A stretch of 64,000 bases of DNA from Planctomycetota bacterium (GTDB taxonomy: Bacteria > Planctomycetota > JAJSAM01 > JAJVHW01), in assembly GCA_965248445.1 (NCBI GenBank), contig CBDFJG010000003.1:480001-544000 (forward strand), read 5' to 3'. Made by a program: the position numbers and the translations under genes. The notes below the pieces were generated by a model. The model was given only the letters and a program-made list of their open reading frames with translations. It ran no database searches and was not told where the DNA came from. Positions 58,341 through 64,000 of this stretch are shown in pieces (positions within the stretch are counted from its first letter, which is position 1; every line of letters begins with the position of its first letter).

Positions 58341-59195
58341 ATGGGCAAGATGCACGACGCGATGAAGAAGGCGGGACACGGAGACCGCCGTGCGAGCAAG
58401 CCTGTCACGCCGAAGGCGGCGCCGCGGACGGCGCCCAGTTCGTCGCAGAGAACGCAGGCTGCGACGAACGAACCTGCCGCGGCTCCCGCGCAGGTCCGCG
58501 CGTCGTTCCAGGGTGGCGACATCGATCCGCATCTCGTCGCACTCCTGGACCCTCAGTCCCCGCACGCCGAGCAGTACCGGACGCTCCGCACAAACATCCT
58601 TGCGTGCCGGCCGGACGACCCCGTGAAGTCGGTCGTCGTCACCAGCGCCGTGCCGGGTGAGGGCAAGAGTGTCAGCAGTTCCAACTTCGCGCTGTCGATG
58701 GCCGAGGACACCGAGCGCAAGGTGGTCCTCATCGACGCCGACATGCGCAAACCGACCATCCACAAGCTGTTCGGCATCGATAACACGCACGGCCTGTCGG
58801 ACTACCTCTCCGGTGGGGTGATGCTCGAGATGGTCCTGCAGCGCTGCCGCCTGCCCAACCTGTGGATCATGCCCGCCGGGCGAGTCCCGCCGAACCCGGC
58901 GGAGCTGCTGGGCGGAAAGCGTATGGAGGACCTGATCGACCGCCTCCGCCGTGACTACGACTTCACGGTCATCGACACCCCGCCGGTCGTCTCGACGACC
59001 GATGCTGGTGTCGTCTCGCCCCGCGTCGACGGGTCCGTCCTGGTCGTGCGTATGGGGACGACACCGCGCGAGGTCGCGAAGCACGCAGTGGATCTCCTCA
59101 AGAAGGCGCGGGCGAAGCTGCTCGGTCTGGTCCTCACGGGCCTCCAGGGTGACATCAAGGACTACTACTACTACCCGTACAAGAATTCCGAGTGA
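58341..59195 (+). CDS. Stand-alone BY-kinase (CpsD/CapB family)
   Basis: AEQYRTLRT, PGEGKS, IDADMRKP, IDTPP, C-terminal YYYYPY. Confidence 0.93.
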   Translation: MGKMHDAMKKAGHGDRRASKPVTPKAAPRTAPSSSQRTQAATNEPAAAPAQVRASFQGGDIDPHLVALLDPQSPHAEQYRTLRTNILACRPDDPVKSVVVTSAVPGEGKSVSSSNFALSMAEDTERKVVLIDADMRKPTIHKLFGIDNTHGLSDYLSGGVMLEMVLQRCRLPNLWIMPAGRVPPNPAELLGGKRMEDLIDRLRRDYDFTVIDTPPVVSTTDAGVVSPRVDGSVLVVRMGTTPREVAKHAVDLLKKARAKLLGLVLTGLQGDIKDYYYYPYKNSE

Positions 59196-59205
59196 GTCAC
59201 ACACC

Positions 59206-60240
59206 ATGGAACTCAGTCTCGCGAAGCGCCCGCCCGCGAGCTGGGATGACTTCGTCCGGAAGCACCCGGACGGATCGCCGTTCCACCTCGCTGCGTGGTC
59301 TGCGTGCGTCCGTGACGGACTCGGCTGGCCCGCGCGCTTCGTCGTAGCCACGCAGGATGGCGACGTGGTCGGCGGCCTCCCGCTACACCACGTCAAGAGC
59401 CGGTTGTTCGGCACGCGTCTCGCCTCGACGCCGCAAGCGGCATACGGCGGCCCCCCCGCCGCGGACGAGACGGTTTTCGCCGCACTCGTTGCGCGCGCGG
59501 AGCAGGAGGCCGAACAGCTCAGCGTCGACTATCTGGAGTTGCGCACCGGGCGCGTCGCGCCGAGCCTGTGCGAGGGCGATACGTGGCGCGGCGAGGATCT
59601 CCGTGTCACGCTCGGCGGACCGATCGCACCGGACGATGCCGCCATCTTGAAGGCCATTCCGAAGAAGACCCGGGCCGACTGTCGCAAGGCGGACGCCCTG
59701 CTCAGCGCGAGCGAGTCGGCGGAGCACTTCGAGGCGTTCCGCGCGCTGTTCGCCGAGAACCAGCACCGACTCGGCACGCCCGTGCTCCCGGCGCGCTTCC
59801 TCCGGCTCGTTGCCGAGCAGCCGGACCTCGGGCCGAGGATTGTGCTCGTAGAGAACGACGGCCGCCCCGTGGCGGCCTGCCTCTCGTTCTCCTTCGGTGA
59901 ACGCATCCTCCCGTACTACGCGGGCGCCGCGGGGGGTGCGCGCGAGGCGCGTCCGAACCACGGGCTGTATCTGAACGTCCTGCGGTTCGCGCGTGCTGCC
60001 GGGTTCACCTACTTCGACTTCGGACGCAGCAAGAAGGGTTCGGGCTCGCACGACTTCAAGCGGCGCTGGGGGTTCGACGAGACGCCCCTCGACTACCGGT
60101 TCCGTCTCGTGCGCGCTGCCACGATGCCCTCACTCAACCCCGCCAATCCGAACTACCGCCGCAAGATCGAGGCGTGGAAGCGCCTGCCCGGCTGGGCGGC
60201 GAACGCGATCGGGCCCCTGCTCTCACCGGGGTTGTCATGA
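59206..60240 (+). CDS. FemAB-related GNAT protein (PEP-CTERM-locus type)
   Basis: WDDFV, GGLPL..VKSRLFG, YLELR, PYYAG, FDFGRSKKGSGS..FKRRWGF, WKRLP. Confidence 0.88.
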   Translation: MELSLAKRPPASWDDFVRKHPDGSPFHLAAWSACVRDGLGWPARFVVATQDGDVVGGLPLHHVKSRLFGTRLASTPQAAYGGPPAADETVFAALVARAEQEAEQLSVDYLELRTGRVAPSLCEGDTWRGEDLRVTLGGPIAPDDAAILKAIPKKTRADCRKADALLSASESAEHFEAFRALFAENQHRLGTPVLPARFLRLVAEQPDLGPRIVLVENDGRPVAACLSFSFGERILPYYAGAAGGAREARPNHGLYLNVLRFARAAGFTYFDFGRSKKGSGSHDFKRRWGFDETPLDYRFRLVRAATMPSLNPANPNYRRKIEAWKRLPGWAANAIGPLLSPGLS

Positions 60241-61441
60241 AGATCCTGTTCCTTGCGCACCGGGCGCCGTGGCCGGCCGACAAGGGCGACCGCATGCGCA
60301 GCAACGGGATGCTCGAGTGGCTCGCCGCACGGCACGAAGTCCACCTCGGCGCCTTCGCCGACACGGCCGAGGCGGCTCGAAGCGCGAGCGACGCGCTGCG
60401 TTCGATCTGCGAGGGAGTGCACATCATTCCGAGGCCGCCGCTGGCGCGCGGACTGCTCGCCGCGGTGACCGGCCGACCGATCTCGTTCGAGATCTTCGCG
60501 TCGCGCAGCTTCGACCGCTGGGTCGCAGAGACGATGGAGCGCGTTCGACCGGACGCGGCGTTCGGCTTCTCCGGCCAGATGGCCCCTCCGCTCTTGCGGC
60601 TCTCCGGCCTGCCGCGAGTCCTCGACCTCGTCGACGTGGACAGCGAGAAGTGGCGCTCGCGCTACGCCCGCTCGCACAACCCGATCCACTTCATCGAGGC
60701 CAACCGGGTCCGGCGTTTCGAGGATCTGTGTGTGCGCGAACTGGACGCGGTGTTGCTCACCTCCGCGCGTGAGGCGCCGCTCCTCGGCACTCCGCAGGAC
60801 GGCGTCCACGTGATCCGGAACGGAGTCGACGTCGACTACTTCCAGGCGCGGGAGACAGATCCGGGCGGAGCCGAGATCGGGTTCGTCGGTGCGATGGACT
60901 ACGAACCGAACGCCCGGGGGGCGCTCTGGTTCGTCCGGGAGGTTCTCCCGCGAGTCCGTGAGCGGGTCCCGCAGGCTCGTGTCACCATCGTGGGACGTCG
61001 CCCCCCAAGGAGCTGGCCGAGACGCCTGATGTGACGGTGACGGGCTTCGTGGACGATCTCCGTCCCGTTCTCGGCCGGGCCACGCTCGCGATCGTGCCGA
61101 TCCACGTGGCGCACGGCGTCCAGTCCAAGGCTCTGACGGGCATGGCGCTCGGGCTGCCCACCGTGATCACGCCCGCGGCAGCGGGAGGCATCCAGGTCCG
61201 CCACGAAGAACACGCGCTCGTGGCCGAGAACGCGGAAGATTTCGCGAGCGCGGTCGTGCGGCTCCTGGAGAGCCGCGAGGACCGGCTCCGTCTGGCGGCA
61301 GCCGGGCGGGAGTTCATCGAGTCACGACACGACTGGGAGAGGAACCTGCCATTCCTCGAGCGACTTCTCTCGGGCGAGGCCGTCCCCGTTGTTGTCGGCG
61401 CACAGGCTGGGACGAGGTCAGGAGAAGCGCATCGTGAGTGA
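60237..61441 (+). pseudogene. GT4 sugar transferase (PEP-CTERM-locus type), frameshifted in a poly-C tract
   Basis: HRAPWPADKGD, DLVDVDSEKW, NGVDVDYF, GAMDYEPN; one extra C in C6 (61001-61006) restores RPPKELAETPDVTVTGFV. Confidence 0.85.
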
Positions 61442-62492
61442 AGAGAACCCGAACCATCGGCGTCATGTCGGCGTGGCCGTCGTGGGCTGCGGGAACTGGG
61501 GCAAGAACCTGGTCCGCACCTTCCACAACCTGCCGGAGAGCGATCTGCGCCACGTCTGCGACCTGGACGACGGCCGGCTCGCGCGGATGCGTGGCGCGTT
61601 CCCCGGGATCAGTGCGACGAAGGACCTCGACGCCGTCCTCCACGACGAGACCGTGGAGGCGGTGGTGATCGGTGCGTCGGCGACGGCGCACAAGCCGCTC
61701 GCGATGAAGGCGTTGCAGGCGGGCAAGCACACGTACGTCGAGAAGCCGCTCGCGCTCTCGGTCAAGGACTCCGAGGAGATCGTCGCCGAGGCGGAGAGCC
61801 GCGGTCTCACGCTGATGGTGGGACACCTGCTGCTGTACCATCCGGCCGTTCTCTTCCTGCGCGCCATGATCGACAACGGTGAGCTGGGCCAGCTGTACTA
61901 CCTGTACAGCCAGCGTGTGAACCTGGGTGTGGTGCGCCAGGACGAGAACGCCCTCTGGTCGTTCGGACCGCACGACATCTCGGTCATGAACTTCCTCATG
62001 GGCAGCGCACCCGAGTCCGTGGCCGCGCGCGGACAGGCCTATCTGCAGAAGGGCGTGCAGGACGTGGTGTTCGTGAACCTGCGCTATCCGGGCGGCCGCA
62101 TGGGGCAGATCCAGCTCTCGTGGCTGGACCCGCACAAGCTCCGCCGCATGACACTCGTAGGGAGCCGGAAGATGGCGGTGTTCGACGACATGAGCCCCGG
62201 CGAGAAGATCCGCATCTACGACAAGGGTGCGCAGCTCTCGCAGGAGTACACGACGTTCGGCGAGTACATGGGCCTGCGCCACGGCGATATCGCGATCCCG
62301 CGACTCGAGTCGGTGGAGCCGCTGGCTGAGGAGGGCAGGCACTTCCTGTCGTGCATCCTGAACGGACAGACACCGCGTACCGACGGACGTGAAGGGCTCG
62401 ACGTCGTGCGCGTCCTCGAAGCCGCGACGCGGTCTCTCGAGCGCGACGGTGCACCCGTCGACGTGGCCCGCCCGACCGTCGCCACCATCTGA
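61434..62492 (+). CDS. Gfo/Idh/MocA oxidoreductase (WbpB/WlbA-like)
   Basis: VGCGNWGKN, VEKPLA, MVGH, WSFGPHD, SWLDPHK. Confidence 0.9.
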   Translation: MSEENPNHRRHVGVAVVGCGNWGKNLVRTFHNLPESDLRHVCDLDDGRLARMRGAFPGISATKDLDAVLHDETVEAVVIGASATAHKPLAMKALQAGKHTYVEKPLALSVKDSEEIVAEAESRGLTLMVGHLLLYHPAVLFLRAMIDNGELGQLYYLYSQRVNLGVVRQDENALWSFGPHDISVMNFLMGSAPESVAARGQAYLQKGVQDVVFVNLRYPGGRMGQIQLSWLDPHKLRRMTLVGSRKMAVFDDMSPGEKIRIYDKGAQLSQEYTTFGEYMGLRHGDIAIPRLESVEPLAEEGRHFLSCILNGQTPRTDGREGLDVVRVLEAATRSLERDGAPVDVARPTVATI

Positions 62493-62568
62493 AGAAGCTG
62501 AGCGGGGGAGTCCTCCGTCGCAGAGACTCGCCCGAGACACACCGGTCCCCGGGGGGAGTAGACCAGCG

Positions 62569-63675
62569 ATGCAGGTTCCGTTGCTCGATCTCAAGCGACA
62601 GTGGAAGGGCCTTCGCACGGATGCCATGGCGGCCGTGGCACAGGTCCTGGACGAACAGGCGTGCATCCTCGGGCCGCACGTCAAGCGCTTCGAGGAGCAG
62701 GTTGCCGAGTACTGCGGCGTGCCGCACGCGATCGGCTGCGCCAGCGGCACGGACGCGATCTTGCTCGCGCTGCGCGCTCTCGAGGTGCAGGACGGCGAAG
62801 AGGTCGTCACGACGCCTTACACGTTCTTCGCGACGGCCGGCGCCATCGTCAACGCGAAAGGGCGGCCGGTGTTCGTCGACATCGATCCGGTCACCTACAA
62901 CATCGACCCCGCCCGCATCGACGAAGCCGTCAGCGGGCGAACGCGCGTGCTGATGCCGGTCCACCTGTTCGGACAGTGCGCCGACATGGACGCGGTCAAC
63001 GCAATCGCCGCGAAGCACGGCCTCGGCGTGATCGAGGACGCCGCGCAGGCGCTCGGTTCCGAGGATCAGGGCCGCCGCGCCGGGGCGATGGGGGACATCG
63101 GCACGTTCAGCTTCTATCCGAGCAAGAACCTCGGTGGAGTGGGCGACGGCGGGATGATGTCGACGCGTAACGCAGAGCTGGCGGCGCGCCTGTCGTCGCT
63201 GCGCACGCACGGCGGGAGCAAAACCTACTATCACGCCGAAGTGGGTTGGAACAGCCGGCTGGACGCGGTGCAGGCGGCGGTGCTCGCCATCAAGCTGGTG
63301 CGCCTCGAGGAGTGGACCGAGGGCCGCCGTGCGAACGCGGCGTTCTACGACGAGGCGTTCGCGGGCATCGAAAGCGTCACGACGCCGCACGTCGCGCCCG
63401 GCAAACGACACATCTACAACCAGTACGTCCTGCGCACCGGCCGCCGCGATGACTTGAAGGCGTTCCTCGGCGAGCGCGGTGTCGGCTCGGCGATCTACTA
63501 CCCGCTGTCGCTGCACCAGCAGACGTGCTTCGAGTACCTCGGCTATCGCGAAGGCCAGTTCCCGGAATCCGAGCGCGCTGCACGTGAGACGCTCTCGATC
63601 CCCGTGAACCCGGATCTGCGATCCGACGAGAGGGAGTACGTCGCTGACCAGGTGCGTGCCTTCTACGGCGCGTAA
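62569..63675 (+). CDS. DegT/DnrJ/EryC1/StrS aminotransferase (WbpE-like)
   Basis: SGTDA, PVHLFGQ, IEDAAQA, SFYPSKNLG..GDGG, NSRLD. Confidence 0.95.
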   Translation: MQVPLLDLKRQWKGLRTDAMAAVAQVLDEQACILGPHVKRFEEQVAEYCGVPHAIGCASGTDAILLALRALEVQDGEEVVTTPYTFFATAGAIVNAKGRPVFVDIDPVTYNIDPARIDEAVSGRTRVLMPVHLFGQCADMDAVNAIAAKHGLGVIEDAAQALGSEDQGRRAGAMGDIGTFSFYPSKNLGGVGDGGMMSTRNAELAARLSSLRTHGGSKTYYHAEVGWNSRLDAVQAAVLAIKLVRLEEWTEGRRANAAFYDEAFAGIESVTTPHVAPGKRHIYNQYVLRTGRRDDLKAFLGERGVGSAIYYPLSLHQQTCFEYLGYREGQFPESERAARETLSIPVNPDLRSDEREYVADQVRAFYGA

Positions 63676-63705
63676 CCTGGCCGGACGCCGTACCGAGAAC
63701 GTCAG

Positions 63706-64000
63706 ATGCGTGTCCTGACCGTCGTGGGGGCTCGCCCCCAGTTCGTGAAGGCAGCGCCTGTTTCGCGGGCGTTGCGCGTGCGCCATGAGGAGCGTCTTCT
63801 CCACACGGGCCAGCACTACGACGCGGCGCTCTCGGACGTCTTCTTCGTCGATCTGGCGATCCCTGCGCCCGACGTGCATCTCAAAGTCGCGGGGCTCGGA
63901 TCGGGCGCCCGCATCGCGCGGATGGTGCGCGGGATAGCAGACGAACTCCGCAGCGCCCGACCCGACGTTCTCATGGTGTACGGCGACACCGACTCGACGC
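63706..64000 (+). CDS. Second UDP-GlcNAc-type 2-epimerase (partial, runs off the window)
   Basis: MRVLTVVGARPQFVK, HTGQHYD, VYGDTDST; absent from the ORF track because it has no stop in the window. Confidence 0.9.
   Translation, partial: MRVLTVVGARPQFVKAAPVSRALRVRHEERLLHTGQHYDAALSDVFFVDLAIPAPDVHLKVAGLGSGARIARMVRGIADELRSARPDVLMVYGDTDST

Noticed and set aside
12488..63879. Long antisense and alternate-frame ORFs (e.g. 12488-14284, 16104-17846, 19254-20960, 61996-63879)
   Set aside because: Shadows of well-supported + strand genes; Arg/Ala/Pro-rich and motif-free, as expected at high GC
1..64000. CRISPR array, rRNA or intact tRNA genes
   Set aside because: No regularly spaced repeats or RNA gene signatures seen

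Overview
Very GC-rich bacterial DNA in three parts. (1) 1-~10,030 is the decaying right end of a genomic island whose boundary falls in the CPCG codons of a comM/yifB gene; only the 3' part of comM is left (10,032-10,487). The island holds an IS66 inserted with an 8-bp duplication into the ribosome-binding site of an IS110 recombinase. It also holds an IS1380 splitting a HEAT-like gene at CTAG, a 3' group II intron remnant, a second IS66 fragment, a frameshifted IS256, a possible tRNA-Pro-type att remnant and a start-less double-HTH gene. Its cargo is an HTTM-like membrane protein plus two membrane-anchored helical-repeat proteins. (2) 10.5-17.6 kb is mostly housekeeping: two GT4 glycosyltransferases, an RRM protein, moaC-moaB-asd-accB-accC. 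(3) 17.9-64 kb is a >46-kb co-oriented surface-polysaccharide locus that runs off the right edge. It encodes two architecturally different export machines (beta-barrel + short OPX + fused Wzc; lipoprotein OPX + split PCP/BY-kinase behind a sigma-54-type promoter), exosortase + EpsI, rmlA/D/B without rmlC, tandem carbamoyltransferases, a UbiA-type phosphoribosyltransferase, and several apparently non-catalytic paralogues. Three gene-breaking lesions cluster in the second export module. All calls come from reading motifs by eye; no searches were run.
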